From Candidatus Nezhaarchaeales archaeon (lineage in GTDB: Archaea > Thermoproteota > Methanomethylicia > Nezhaarchaeales > WYZ-LMO8): a DNA stretch of 64,000 nucleotides. The position numbers and the translations under genes are program-made. How positions within the stretch are numbered: position 1 is the first letter of the stretch; the number at the start of each line of letters is the position of its first letter. Location: positions 224,001-288,000 of the forward strand of contig JAWAKK010000001.1 of assembly GCA_038887515.1 (NCBI GenBank), written 5' to 3'. This document shows positions 1 through 10,277 of this stretch, in pieces. Below the pieces are notes generated by a model. The model made no database searches, was not told where the DNA came from, and saw only the letters and a list, made by a program, of their open reading frames with translations.

Positions 1-2865
1 GCTAAAGCCCTTCGTCGATGCTACGTACAGAAGGTCGTCTGTAGTAAAGGGAGGGGGTGGGTTAACCTCGACTTCTTCAAGAGACACGTCTTCGACAACG
101 ACTTGAGATTCTTTGATCCGGTGATATTGATCTTTAAGTTCTTTAAATGGTAGGGGGACTTCAAAATGAAGTTTAAAGCCTTCTTGGACGTCGACTACTA
201 CGTAGTTGGTTATGTTCCTCTTCCACTCCTCGCATCTTTCTATTATCCACCCTAAGACGGGCGTCTGAACCCTACCTGCAGCAAGCCACTTCTTGCCAAA
301 GATATCCCACAACTTTTCACTCAATCCAAAACCTATCCACCTATCTTCTATTCTTCGAACTATCTGAGCTTCTACCATTGATACGCTTATATCACGAGGT
401 TTATTTAATGATTCATAGATAGCCCTTCTAGTAACCTCGTGAAACTCGCTTCTTCGTACCGTGTTCAAGTAAGGGGCTATGGTACAGGCTATGTCCCATC
501 CTATCTTTTCTCCTTCGACGTCGGGGTCGGTCGCTATGAAGGCTAAGTCGACTTCGCTTGCTATTTTTCTAATTACGTTCACAACTTCATATGAACTAAA
601 TATTAAGTTCGATCCGCACTTAGGGCACCTATCATCACTTGATGCGAACTGATACCCACACTTCTTACATCTCTTAATGGTGCTATAGAGCGGAGCATAG
701 CCCTCACCTATCAATAGCACTCCGTACTTACCTACATCCTCTGTCACCAGGTCGTAAACATGTCCTCTAGTCGCGACTATACTCAATAGGAAGTTCCCGG
801 CAAAAACCTCGAAAACCTTTAAAGATCCCACAGTTCTCCTAGATGGTCTTCCAAAAAAGTTTGCGATAGCACGTGCCTTTGTTGGGCTTTCAACAACCAT
901 TAAGGCGCTTTTAACGGGATCCTTTACTTCTTCGACTTCGCCGGTTATAGCTTTCTTAGCCTTGACCCTATCTTCGTCTATCTCCTTGAGCACTTCTTCC
1001 AATCTCACTTCAGAGAGATGTTTCCATTGTACATCGTCTATGTAAATTCTAGTCTGCTTCATTAAGTTATTGAGGGCGTTACGATCGTTAGGTAAGCATA
1101 TCACTACACTAAGTCCCTTTGTTAAGCCACCAGTATACATTCTTGAGGTTCTTCCGCTTGCCTGTATGTACGTCATCACATCAGGGATGAACATGTACAA
1201 CTTTCCATCTATTTCTCTTACGTCGATTAGTTGGCTTTCAAGTAGCTGCTTCTTGATTTCCTCTCTCTTTAGTAACTCATTCATTAAGTTCTTTGCGTCT
1301 TCAAAGATTTTCCTTACTTCTTCGAGGTAACCCTCGAGCTTCGTGGCGCTACGGAGTGCATCAGCTATAAGTCTCGCTTCGTCATATCTAAGTCTCAGAG
1401 CGTGTTTCCTCATTTCAGCTACCATCTTAGCTAAGTGGAATGCTTCCTCTCCTTTGACAATCGTTTGTAGAACCGACATTACCTGAAGGAGCCTTATTGG
1501 GTGACCTTCTTCGGAGTCTAATGTAAACCTGAACTTTGGCACAGCGACAAAGACCGCGTACCTAACCCTTTCAGGGAGATCGAGACCTCTAACTATAACA
1601 CCATAGTAACTTGCAACCCCGACTAGCACATCAAGTTCTCCTTTAGCAAAGTCTTCTACAAGCTTCTTTACACCCCTCATTCCGGACTTAGCAAAAGCGG
1701 CTTTAATACCATTTGAAACCAAATAGTCCGTAAGAGCCTGAGCGAATTTTGCTCCTAAATCATACGAAACATATATGAGACCTCCAACGCCTAGCCTCCT
1801 TATAAGCTCAAGAGCTGGCTCCATTAGATCTTCAAGTTTGCTACCATCAATCACTACGTAGCAGTCTTGAATGTTCCTCATGTACTCCATTATTGTACCC
1901 GCTTCAAACCCAAGCAGCTCCCGAAACAACCTCACCCTCAAACCTCTAGCTCGGCCGGTCGCGCTTAGAACTATAAGTTGACCGAACTCGTTATTAGAAG
2001 TCAAGTCCTTTAATTCCGCAGTCATCATGTCAAGCTTAGACCTAACTTCTTCAATCTTCTCCTTACGTCCAGCCTTCAGCAAATCGACTAATTTAGTCTT
2101 TTCTTTTACCAATCTCATGGCTAAAGTGATAGCCTCAGGCGGGAATCCCATCAAATTCAGAACTCTGTCTATGTTTTTCGACCTTCTAAGTAGAGCGTCG
2201 ACATCATCTACAGCTACTAAGTTGAACTTGGCTCCTACCATTTTCTGGAAGTTCTTTGCAAGTGACATCGGGGTAGTTACTACAACGTCTACTTCTCCCC
2301 TCTTTATGGCATCGAATGCTTCTTCTTTATCCTTAACGTGTCCGCCGAACAGTGGAATTATCTTTAAATTGAGCAAGGCTTTCTCAGCATACTTGTTAAG
2401 CCAATCGTAAACTTGGTTTGCGAGTACTATAGTAGGCAATATGAAGAGCGACTTTTTCCCTTGCTTAGCGTAATACAACGTTAACGTAACTGCGAATAGT
2501 GTTTTTCCAACACCTGTTGGAGCTATTACAGCAAAGCTAAGCCCTGACAAAGCTCTCTTAGCCCACGTCCTTTGAGCACTCCACATCTTTTTTCCTGTAA
2601 CTTCGCTGAAGAAGTCTTCAAAGTCTTTCAACTTGTGAGCTAATATGACATAATCTTTGAGCCCCTTCAGCTTATTGGCCTTCTCTAAGAGCTCTCCGAG
2701 CTTTAACCTAAAGTCGATGGGCGACGATTTAGCTAGATCTATTAGCTTCTGTACTTCCTCGCCATCGGGTAGACAGTTATCACAAGGCAGGCCAGCTAAG
2801 AGCCTCTCATCGGTTACGTCCCCGTTACAGTTAGGGCAAAGACCCTTGAACACTGCGCGCATCAT
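1..2865 (-). CDS. rgy: Reverse gyrase (3' end runs off the window)
   Basis: Missing from the ORF track because it has no stop in the window. Minus-strand translation begins M(M)RAVFKGLCPNCNGDVTDERLLAGLPCDNC (N-terminal Zn finger) and contains APTGVGKT (helicase motif I), VESPTKARAIANFFG and IATDPDVEGEKIGWD (TOPRIM), and AGRVQTPVLGWII (topo IA). Confidence 0.97.
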   Translation of the reverse strand, partial: MMRAVFKGLCPNCNGDVTDERLLAGLPCDNCLPDGEEVQKLIDLAKSSPIDFRLKLGELLEKANKLKGLKDYVILAHKLKDFEDFFSEVTGKKMWSAQRTWAKRALSGLSFAVIAPTGVGKTLFAVTLTLYYAKQGKKSLFILPTIVLANQVYDWLNKYAEKALLNLKIIPLFGGHVKDKEEAFDAIKRGEVDVVVTTPMSLAKNFQKMVGAKFNLVAVDDVDALLRRSKNIDRVLNLMGFPPEAITLAMRLVKEKTKLVDLLKAGRKEKIEEVRSKLDMMTAELKDLTSNNEFGQLIVLSATGRARGLRVRLFRELLGFEAGTIMEYMRNIQDCYVVIDGSKLEDLMEPALELIRRLGVGGLIYVSYDLGAKFAQALTDYLVSNGIKAAFAKSGMRGVKKLVEDFAKGELDVLVGVASYYGVIVRGLDLPERVRYAVFVAVPKFRFTLDSEEGHPIRLLQVMSVLQTIVKGEEAFHLAKMVAEMRKHALRLRYDEARLIADALRSATKLEGYLEEVRKIFEDAKNLMNELLKREEIKKQLLESQLIDVREIDGKLYMFIPDVMTYIQASGRTSRMYTGGLTKGLSVVICLPNDRNALNNLMKQTRIYIDDVQWKHLSEVRLEEVLKEIDEDRVKAKKAITGEVEEVKDPVKSALMVVESPTKARAIANFFGRPSRRTVGSLKVFEVFAGNFLLSIVATRGHVYDLVTEDVGKYGVLLIGEGYAPLYSTIKRCKKCGYQFASSDDRCPKCGSNLIFSSYEVVNVIRKIASEVDLAFIATDPDVEGEKIGWDIACTIAPYLNTVRRSEFHEVTRRAIYESLNKPRDISVSMVEAQIVRRIEDRWIGFGLSEKLWDIFGKKWLAAGRVQTPVLGWIIERCEEWKRNITNYVVVDVQEGFKLHFEVPLPFKELKDQYHRIKESQVVVEDVSLEEVEVNPPPPFTTDDLLYVASTKGFS

Positions 2866-2900
2866 CACTACTCAAAAAACCAGAAAAACTAGGAGCTTAT

Positions 2901-3311
2901 TTAATCTTGCTTAGCCCTAAGGTCCTCAACATCCTCTATGTACATTATGTTGAAGTTTAAGTCATCTACGAAACGCATTCTTGCCTTAACCCTAGTGGAT
3001 CCGTACCTCACAACTACTTTTACGTCTATAGCGTCCCCCTTAAGTGAAGAATAATCGTATGGTAACCTTCCATTCCCTTTAATGACCCTAACGTTAAAAT
3101 CGACCTTCACCTCTTCTCTAAAAGGTTGTAAAGACATGGATTTTTCGATTGCCTCTTTGACTGCATTAAGTACGTCTTCTCTCTTGGCTATGGGGAGCCC
3201 AACGAATTGGTGATAGAGAGCTCCAAGAGCTATCCCAGCTTCAAATATGGCCCTCTCTCTATCTGTTATCGAACGATGAAAGTATTTTTTTGCTGGATCC
3301 TCAAGACTCAT
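2901..3311 (-). CDS. mptD: Archaeal dihydroneopterin aldolase (MptD/MJ0408 family)
   Basis: ITDRERAIFEAGIALGALYHQFVG and YSSL motifs are typical of this family. Confidence 0.85.
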   Translation of the reverse strand: MSLEDPAKKYFHRSITDRERAIFEAGIALGALYHQFVGLPIAKREDVLNAVKEAIEKSMSLQPFREEVKVDFNVRVIKGNGRLPYDYSSLKGDAIDVKVVVRYGSTRVKARMRFVDDLNFNIMYIEDVEDLRAKQD

Positions 3312-3329
3312 ATTACTCTCGTTACAGTT

Positions 3330-4511
3330 CTAGGCTTTTAAAGGTACCTTTAACTCCGTGCCTTTACTCATAGCTACTCTTCGTAGATCCGCTATAAGTT
3401 CGTCAATAAGCTTCTCTGTATGATGAGGCATTAACACGACCCTCAGGTGAGTAGGAAACTCAGATAAAAACCATCCTAAACCCCTTACAATACGTGAGAA
3501 ATCTTTAACGCTTAAATTTTTGGCCCTAATACCTACAATGTTCATTACAGGCTTTACTAGGAGCTCTAGGTGACCATCGTTTTCAATTTCTTTCGACAAT
3601 CTTTCCGTTAGCTTCATGCATTTACTTATCATGTTCCTGTAACCTTCCTTACCTAAAACTCTCAATAATGTCCATACTGCAGTCACTGAACCTCCAGGCC
3701 TGCTTCCAGCTATCGTAAAGCTCTTGGCGTTGCCTCCAGCTAAGTAGGGAGTCCTGAAAGTTATCGAGTCGACAAGCTCAGGATCCTTAAAAAGTATGCC
3801 TCCAGCCGGTATAGGGACAAAACCCATTTTATGGGGGTCAACGGTTATGGATTGCACACCTTCTAGTCTGAAGTCGAAGTCCGGAACCGTGTACCCTAGA
3901 TCTCTTAGAAATGGCAAAACCATTCCTCCAAAGGCTGCATCGACATGCAAATATACATTCCTTTCAACCGCTAGCTCGCTAAGCTCTACTATTGGATCCA
4001 CAACGCCTAGAGCAGTTGTTCCAGCTATACCGACTATTGCAGCCGTATTTTTCGTAATACTACGCCTAACATAGTCGACATCGACTGTAAAATCACTATT
4101 TAATGGAACCCTTATGACTCTTAAGCCTAAGAGATCGGCAGCTTTATAAATAGAAATGTGGCATGACGATGGGACTATAATTTCACGCTTCTTTGTGTAG
4201 TTTCTTGCAGCCCATAAAGCAATTACGTTCGCTTCAGATCCGCTTGAGACTATGGCTCCAACCGCCCTCGGATTTGATAGAAGTCCTCCAAGATCCTTGA
4301 TGACCTCTTCCTCTAACTTAGCTATACCTCGCCAAACTCCGGGATCTCCTACGTTTCCATTCATGCCCATTAGGTATGCAATCTTAGATATGAGAAGGGG
4401 CTTAGGACACATAGAGCCGATGGCCCTATAGCTGAACCTTCTTACGTCTGATTCAACTATTTCTGCAAGATTCTTCAGTACCTTCTGTGGTTCTTCTCCC
4501 TTTTCCCTCAT
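3330..4511 (-). CDS. mfnA: PLP-dependent L-tyrosine/L-aspartate decarboxylase (MfnA family)
   Basis: GSMC, N.GDPG, SGSEAN, HVDAAFGG and ITVDPHKMG (PLP lysine) motifs. Confidence 0.9.
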   Translation of the reverse strand: MREKGEEPQKVLKNLAEIVESDVRRFSYRAIGSMCPKPLLISKIAYLMGMNGNVGDPGVWRGIAKLEEEVIKDLGGLLSNPRAVGAIVSSGSEANVIALWAARNYTKKREIIVPSSCHISIYKAADLLGLRVIRVPLNSDFTVDVDYVRRSITKNTAAIVGIAGTTALGVVDPIVELSELAVERNVYLHVDAAFGGMVLPFLRDLGYTVPDFDFRLEGVQSITVDPHKMGFVPIPAGGILFKDPELVDSITFRTPYLAGGNAKSFTIAGSRPGGSVTAVWTLLRVLGKEGYRNMISKCMKLTERLSKEIENDGHLELLVKPVMNIVGIRAKNLSVKDFSRIVRGLGWFLSEFPTHLRVVLMPHHTEKLIDELIADLRRVAMSKGTELKVPLKA

Positions 4512-4725
4512 CGAGGATCATCATTTCATCTCTCAATGATTTGAAGACATACGCTCAGTTGGAAGGCCACTTTCCTTAAAAAGCTTTACGTAGATACGCC
4601 TCTTTTCTATATTTTTGATGCGTATAAATATGTACTTCTATGTAAATTTTTGGGATTGTATAAACAACATTAGAAGCCTTTTGTAGTCAAGCTTTTAAGT
4701 TGGTTGCCAGAGAGCCTATGTCGGC

Positions 4726-6090
4726 TTGGACATGACTGTTAGAGCAATAATTTTGGGCTCTGGCAAAGAAGTGGGCAGAGCCTGCATAGTAATTAAGGGA
4801 GATAGTGGATCAATAATGCTGGACTGCGGAATTCATCCTACAATTACTGGCCTCGAAGGAACACCGAAGCTCGATCTAATCGATATGGGGTCCGTGACAA
4901 ATGTCGTACTAACCCACGCTCATCTAGATCATAGTGGAACCATACCGAGGCTCTTAAATTTAGGGTTTAAAGGAGACATCGTAGCTACCTTGCCTACCGC
5001 AGCTCTAGTAGGGATGATGTGGAGGGATCAAGTCAGTATAATGAAAAGGGAGTGGCCCGAGGAGTTGAGACTCTGGGATGTGAAGGAGATGAATAAGGTG
5101 CTTGCAAGCCACATACGATACGTAACATACGAAGAAGAGGTTAGACTGCCCAATGGCGTAAACTTGAAACTTCACGATGCGGGTCACATCTTGGGTTCAT
5201 CGTTTGTCGAACTAGAAATTGATGGTTTGAAGATAGGTTACACAGGCGATCTGGGTACATCATCCAACCACCTTCAATACTGGGACGCCTCAGCCCTCAG
5301 AGGGGTCCACGTGCTTTTCTGTGAATCGACATATGGGGGTATTGAGAGGAAAGGTAGGGAGGCCCTTGAAAGGGAGCTTGTGGAAGCCGTAAAGTCGACG
5401 CTTGAAGGCGGAGGGAAGGTATTAATACCCGCAATGTCTGTCGGTAAGGCCCAAGAAATTTTATTGACACTTAAAAGGCATGAAACCAAGATACCCGACG
5501 CCCCAGTGGTGCTTGACGGTATGGCCTACAAAGCGACGAGGATATACTCTCAGTTCATAATGTATATGAACGATAGGATAAAGAGGGCCTTCATAATCAA
5601 CGGTGAAGATCCATTCGATTGGGAGAGATTATTCCAACCTAAGTCCCTTAAAAAGAGACGCGAACTAGTCGAAAGCGAAAATCCCTGCATATTCATAGCT
5701 CCCTCTGGAATGCTTAAGGGCGGATGGAGCCAGTGGTACTTAGCTAAGCTTGCACCTAATCCGGAGAATGCAGTAGTGATATGCGGCTACGTAGATCCTC
5801 AAACACCAGCTAGCGAACTGGTCTCAGGAGCCAAGGAGGTGAAGGTTACGGACTTCATCGCTAAAGAGGAAGTTAGAGTACAAATAAATTGCAAGGTTTA
5901 CCACGTAGAGATCTCTAGACACGCTATGCACTCAGAGCTCTGTAGGTTCATAGCTACAGTTAAGCCTGAAAACCTAGTCTTACTGCACGGTAATAGTGAA
6001 AACATTAAGAAATTAATGGATTCTGTTGGCAGTTATTCGAAGAGGGTAGAGGTTCCCGAGAACGGCTCAACTATTAGTCTTAGAGACTGA
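4726..6090 (+). CDS. MBL-fold beta-CASP ribonuclease (archaeal CPSF2-like)
   Basis: GSGKEVGRAC, THAHLDHSG, AGHILGS, YTGD, ESTYG and SGML.GG motifs; no N-terminal KH domains. Confidence 0.9.
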   Translation: MDMTVRAIILGSGKEVGRACIVIKGDSGSIMLDCGIHPTITGLEGTPKLDLIDMGSVTNVVLTHAHLDHSGTIPRLLNLGFKGDIVATLPTAALVGMMWRDQVSIMKREWPEELRLWDVKEMNKVLASHIRYVTYEEEVRLPNGVNLKLHDAGHILGSSFVELEIDGLKIGYTGDLGTSSNHLQYWDASALRGVHVLFCESTYGGIERKGREALERELVEAVKSTLEGGGKVLIPAMSVGKAQEILLTLKRHETKIPDAPVVLDGMAYKATRIYSQFIMYMNDRIKRAFIINGEDPFDWERLFQPKSLKKRRELVESENPCIFIAPSGMLKGGWSQWYLAKLAPNPENAVVICGYVDPQTPASELVSGAKEVKVTDFIAKEEVRVQINCKVYHVEISRHAMHSELCRFIATVKPENLVLLHGNSENIKKLMDSVGSYSKRVEVPENGSTISLRD

Positions 6091-6164
6091 TAGATTTACG
6101 TGATCGAATCATTCACCGTAAGGTAATTAAGTTCAAGGATTACTTATAAGAATCGCTAGGTTAG

Positions 6165-7031
6165 GTGTCTGCTTTGTACGTCTCAAAGTATATGAGTTCA
6201 CCCGTTGTAACCGCTAAATTAACTGATAACTTAGCGTACGTTAGGAACCTAATGCTAAAGCACGAAATAAGTAGGGTACTCATAGTCGACGACGCGTTAA
6301 AACCTATAGGCATCATAACTAAGGGCGACATGATTAGGATAATGATATCAAGGGACTGGAGGGACAGACCTCTAGAGTCGATACACGTAAATGACGTCAA
6401 GGGACCCATGGAACTGAAGCTTGCAACACCACGAATGACCGTTAAGAGGGCAGCTAGTGTTATGATAAAGAATCTGATAAGCGGCCTTCCAGTAATCTTA
6501 CCAGCTTCCGGGGATCTCGTAGGGATAATAACTAAAACCGATTTGTTAGAAGCATTCGTAGATGGTTACGTCGGTTTATACAAGGTCGGAGACCTCATGA
6601 CTAAGTACCCGATAACGGTCAAGAGAACCCATAGCATATTTAAGGTTCAAGAGCTACTAGCTAAGTATAATGTTTCAAGGATAATAGTTGTTGATAATAA
6701 GAAGCCTATAGGCATCATAACCGAGACAGACGTCGTCTTCGGTAAACATGTTAAACCAGTGCTAGACAAGGGTAAGTTCATAAAACAGAGGGTTAAAGAC
6801 CACTACAAGGATAGAGAAGCGGTCGTGAGGGTCTACAGGGTTCCAATAGTAGAAGACTTCATGACTCCAGACCCTTACGTTATAAGTGTTGACGAGGATG
6901 CTACAAAGGCTGCTACTATGATGCTTGAACATGGTATAAGCGGTCTACCGGTCGTGAATCGCGATGAGCTTGTAGGGATAATAACTAAAACCGATTTGGT
7001 TAAAGGGATGGCAGGGTTAATAAAGAGTTAA
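6165..7031 (+). CDS. CBS domain protein (four CBS repeats)
   Basis: Four repeats of GIIT(K/E)(G/T)D with ISGLPV/ISRVLIV motifs. Confidence 0.92.
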   Translation: MSALYVSKYMSSPVVTAKLTDNLAYVRNLMLKHEISRVLIVDDALKPIGIITKGDMIRIMISRDWRDRPLESIHVNDVKGPMELKLATPRMTVKRAASVMIKNLISGLPVILPASGDLVGIITKTDLLEAFVDGYVGLYKVGDLMTKYPITVKRTHSIFKVQELLAKYNVSRIIVVDNKKPIGIITETDVVFGKHVKPVLDKGKFIKQRVKDHYKDREAVVRVYRVPIVEDFMTPDPYVISVDEDATKAATMMLEHGISGLPVVNRDELVGIITKTDLVKGMAGLIKS

Positions 7032-7042
7032 GGGTCGTCAAC

Positions 7043-8122
7043 GTGAAGATAGCAGTATACGAGTACTTCACAGCCGTCAAGGCACTTAACGACCCCTCTT
7101 GGATTGAAGGAAACTCTATGCTGAATGCCGCGATCGAAGACTTTAGGAGAGCCGGGTATGAAGTAGAGGTAGTCGAGTCTATACCACCTAAGCGACCTGT
7201 AGACTTAGTGGTACTAATAGCTCCTTCGATTGGTAGAACACTCTACGGCCTAGTTAAGGCCTGCGAAGATGAGGGGTTAGAAGTCGTTGACTCTCCATCG
7301 ACCGCGGTCTTTCTTGCAACGGATAAAGCATTATTGTCTAGAAACCTCGAGCTTTGCGGAATAAAAACCCCTAAGACTATAGTCTCCAGGTTCGAAAACG
7401 GATTAGAAGCAATAGAGAAGGCCTTAATAACTCACAGTAGAGTGGTGGTTAAGCCAGCTGATGGAGACGGTTGCGCAGGGCTTTGCCTTGTATCAGACAT
7501 GGTCGAAGCACGTAAAGCTCTAAACGTAGTAAAGCAGAGCTCTAAGTTGCCATACTTTTTAATTCAAGAGTTCACTGATGGGTTGAATTTGAGCGTAAGC
7601 ATATTGGCATGCGAAGACCTCGTAATACCAATATCAATAAACATGCAGAACATACACCTCGAAGGTCCTTCGGGAAGCTCACGCTACCTTGGAAGCGTAG
7701 TGCCCTACGAGCATAACGAAAAGGTCCTTGATGTAGCTGTGCGGGCAGTAAGATCTCTAGGCAACGTAAAGGGCTTCTTTGGCGTCGATGTAGTATTAAA
7801 GAAGAATGAACCTTACGTCATTGAGGTCAATCCAAGACTAACCACGAGTTACCTAGCGCTAAGGGAAATATCTGAGGACAATATACTCGAAATGCTCGTC
7901 AAATCATACTTCGACAAGAATTCGCTAAAGCCGATTAAGCTGAGGGGTAGGGCAATCGTTGAGAAACTCGTAGCTGACAGAGACATGGTTCTAAGCACTT
8001 TGGACGTAAGCTTAAGGTTGCCAAGTGGCGCTAAACTTCTCTCAACGATTGTTGATGGCCGGCATGCTATAAGAAAAGGAGAAGCTTACGCCTTATACGT
8101 GATGAGAGATTCATACCCCTAG
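7043..8122 (+). CDS. ATP-grasp ligase, tyramine--L-glutamate ligase (MfnD)-like
   Basis: MKIAVYEY start, EG.SML, LIAP, VVKPADGDGC, GVDVV and IEVNPRLTTSY motifs. Confidence 0.75.
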   Translation: MKIAVYEYFTAVKALNDPSWIEGNSMLNAAIEDFRRAGYEVEVVESIPPKRPVDLVVLIAPSIGRTLYGLVKACEDEGLEVVDSPSTAVFLATDKALLSRNLELCGIKTPKTIVSRFENGLEAIEKALITHSRVVVKPADGDGCAGLCLVSDMVEARKALNVVKQSSKLPYFLIQEFTDGLNLSVSILACEDLVIPISINMQNIHLEGPSGSSRYLGSVVPYEHNEKVLDVAVRAVRSLGNVKGFFGVDVVLKKNEPYVIEVNPRLTTSYLALREISEDNILEMLVKSYFDKNSLKPIKLRGRAIVEKLVADRDMVLSTLDVSLRLPSGAKLLSTIVDGRHAIRKGEAYALYVMRDSYP

Positions 8123-8132
8123 CTCGTGGTAG

Positions 8133-8140
8133 CTTATAAA
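8133..8140 (+). promoter_or_regulatory. Putative TATA box of the flavoprotein operon
   Basis: TTATAAAT about 45 nt upstream of ATG 8183. Confidence 0.45.
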
Positions 8141-8182
8141 TCCTCTTGGCGTTATAGGGGTCTTAGGCGACTTAAGAGCTAT

Positions 8183-8803
8183 ATGAAGGACGTACTTGGT
8201 CGAGACGTCGCAGAAAAAGAGATAAATATTAAAATAGCAAGCTACTTTGGCTCAGAGAGTGAATTAAAGATGCTGAAAGCGGGTAAATTCGATCGATTCA
8301 TGGAGAGATATAAAGCATTGCTCAACGATGACCCCGAACTTAAGAGGCGCTTAACTCCCTATAGCACCTTTTGTGGGGGCCCTCTTCCATACCCTGGGCC
8401 TGGCCCTTATCCTCCACCAAATATAGCATTGGATCCAAGTGGTTGGAGTAAAGCCCGCGGCTACCCAAAGACAATCTTGCTGGGTAAAGAGCTCGTAACT
8501 TTCAAGATTAAGGGGGTGGTAACGTTTACAGTAAGGCTCGCGGAGAACGGTGTCTTTGATGTCGAGGTGAGGGAGGGCCGTGATCCTATACTGTCAGTGG
8601 AGATGACGCCTGAACTATTTAAGAAAATGGTCTTAGGCAAAGAGAGGGTAATATACGCTCTCGCGCATCCGGATAACGTTGTGTCCTTTAAGGACGGCAT
8701 TGCCTTTAGCGATTGGATAACTATATTCGAAGTCATTGGAATCCTCCAAGAACTTGTTGAATCAGACCCAGAAATGTGGCGTTTTATTGAGGAGGGGCTT
8801 TAA
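8183..8803 (+). CDS. Hypothetical protein, C-terminal half SCP2 (sterol carrier)-like
   Basis: The ORF track starts at GTG 8126; ATG 8183 is preferred because it follows a TATA box. The FTVRLAENG...EG..P.LSVEMTPELFKKMVLGK pattern resembles SCP2; there is a Pro-rich segment PLPYPGPGPYPPP. Confidence 0.6.
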   Translation: MKDVLGRDVAEKEINIKIASYFGSESELKMLKAGKFDRFMERYKALLNDDPELKRRLTPYSTFCGGPLPYPGPGPYPPPNIALDPSGWSKARGYPKTILLGKELVTFKIKGVVTFTVRLAENGVFDVEVREGRDPILSVEMTPELFKKMVLGKERVIYALAHPDNVVSFKDGIAFSDWITIFEVIGILQELVESDPEMWRFIEEGL

Positions 8804-8804
8804 G

Positions 8805-10277
8805 TTGGAGGTAAAGGTTCAAGTATCTAAGGAGTTCGTAGTAGAGACTTTATCGAAGATAGTTGGTGATCGTAACGTTGTTGTCGATATAAAAGAGCTA
8901 GAGCCCTACTCCAAGGACGATAGCTTTGTCAAGCCGATCATGCCGTTGTGCGTAGTAAAGCCTGTCGCGATTGAAGAGGTCCAAGAAGTCGTCAGATTTG
9001 CGAATCAGTACAAAATACCAATAACTCCTACTTCGAGCGGCCCCAATAATCTAGGTGGAACTATACCTTCACCCGATGGCTTAGTCATAGATCTTAGGAA
9101 CATGAACCGCGTATTGGATATCGACTACAGGGCTTGGATGGCGTCGGTAGAACCAGGTGTAACATTCTCTCAACTTCAAAGTATCGTTAATAAGGAGGGC
9201 CTTCGAGTCCTAACTCCATCAGAAAACCCGGCATCCTCATCAGTGCTCTCGACCTATTTGGACTTAGTTCCATTGTACGGGTGGGTGTATTATGGAGAGG
9301 AGAACCTAACAACCATGACGGTAGTACTGCCCAACGGAGATTTAGTTAAAACTGGTGAAGCAGCTTTTCCAGAAATGCACCACCCGTACATGCACTCGCA
9401 TGCCTCACCACTCGCAGGATTGATGAATTACATGTGGTATCAATCACAAGGTACGCTTGGCATAGTGGTTCAGGGGTGGATTAAACTCAAACCTAAAGGA
9501 GAGATGGAAAAGGTTTACTTTATTCCAATAGATGACGCTAAAGACCTTCAAGGAATACTGCGGGCAATCATGTGGCTACGGTACCCACGCGATATGGCAG
9601 TACTAAATAAGCAGGACTTTGCCTTAATGTTTGCAGAGTCCTCTCCTAAATGTTATCCCGAGAAAGTCAGGGAACTAAGAGAGGTTCTACCCAATTGGGT
9701 TATTATGTTCTCACTTAGGGGGAGAGCTGAGGCCGTTGAAGTAATGGAGAGCGACTTGAAGAAGCTAGGCGAGGAGAGATCGTTTAAACTTGTAGACGAG
9801 ATTTGTGGCATCACATCCGAGATGGCCCTTAGTGAGATAGCAACTCCATCTGGCTTCACTAAGTGGCGTAACTACAAAGGGGCCAGGAACATAATACCAT
9901 TCATAGCGTCGATTAAGGACGTTCCAGCGATTTACAAAGAGGTACTTAAGATTTCAGAAAAACTTCGTTACCCCAAAGACGATGTAGGGGTAACGATTAT
10001 TCCGACGGATAGGATAGGAGTTGTCGCCTGCTCCATAAGCTTTGCTAGAGACCCAACGTCTCAAGAAAATACCGATTTAGTTAAGAAGGTTTACGTAGAG
10101 TCGGCGAAGGCTTTACTTGACCTAGGCGCTTTCTACAGTAGACCCTATGGTTTGCTCTCCAGCTTAATTTATAGTAGGTGTCAGACGTACTATGAAGTCC
10201 TGCTGGATATAAAGAGGGTTATCGACCCTAACAATATCATGAACCCTAGAAGGTTACAATTTGGAGGTGACGACTAA
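8805..10277 (+). CDS. FAD-binding oxidoreductase (VAO/PCMH/GlcD superfamily), subunit 1
   Basis: VVKP..IEEVQEVVRFAN, IDLRNMNRVLDID, VEPGVTF, QGTLGIV and DPNNIMNP motifs. TTG 8805 follows the upstream stop and a GGAGGGG SD-like sequence. Confidence 0.9.
   Translation: MEVKVQVSKEFVVETLSKIVGDRNVVVDIKELEPYSKDDSFVKPIMPLCVVKPVAIEEVQEVVRFANQYKIPITPTSSGPNNLGGTIPSPDGLVIDLRNMNRVLDIDYRAWMASVEPGVTFSQLQSIVNKEGLRVLTPSENPASSSVLSTYLDLVPLYGWVYYGEENLTTMTVVLPNGDLVKTGEAAFPEMHHPYMHSHASPLAGLMNYMWYQSQGTLGIVVQGWIKLKPKGEMEKVYFIPIDDAKDLQGILRAIMWLRYPRDMAVLNKQDFALMFAESSPKCYPEKVRELREVLPNWVIMFSLRGRAEAVEVMESDLKKLGEERSFKLVDEICGITSEMALSEIATPSGFTKWRNYKGARNIIPFIASIKDVPAIYKEVLKISEKLRYPKDDVGVTIIPTDRIGVVACSISFARDPTSQENTDLVKKVYVESAKALLDLGAFYSRPYGLLSSLIYSRCQTYYEVLLDIKRVIDPNNIMNPRRLQFGGDD

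Noticed and set aside
1070-2914. Plus-strand ORFs 1070-1330, 2027-2410 and 2657-2914
   Set aside because: Antisense shadows of reverse gyrase. The many other short Ser/Leu-rich ORFs overlapping real genes on the opposite strand are rejected for the same reason.
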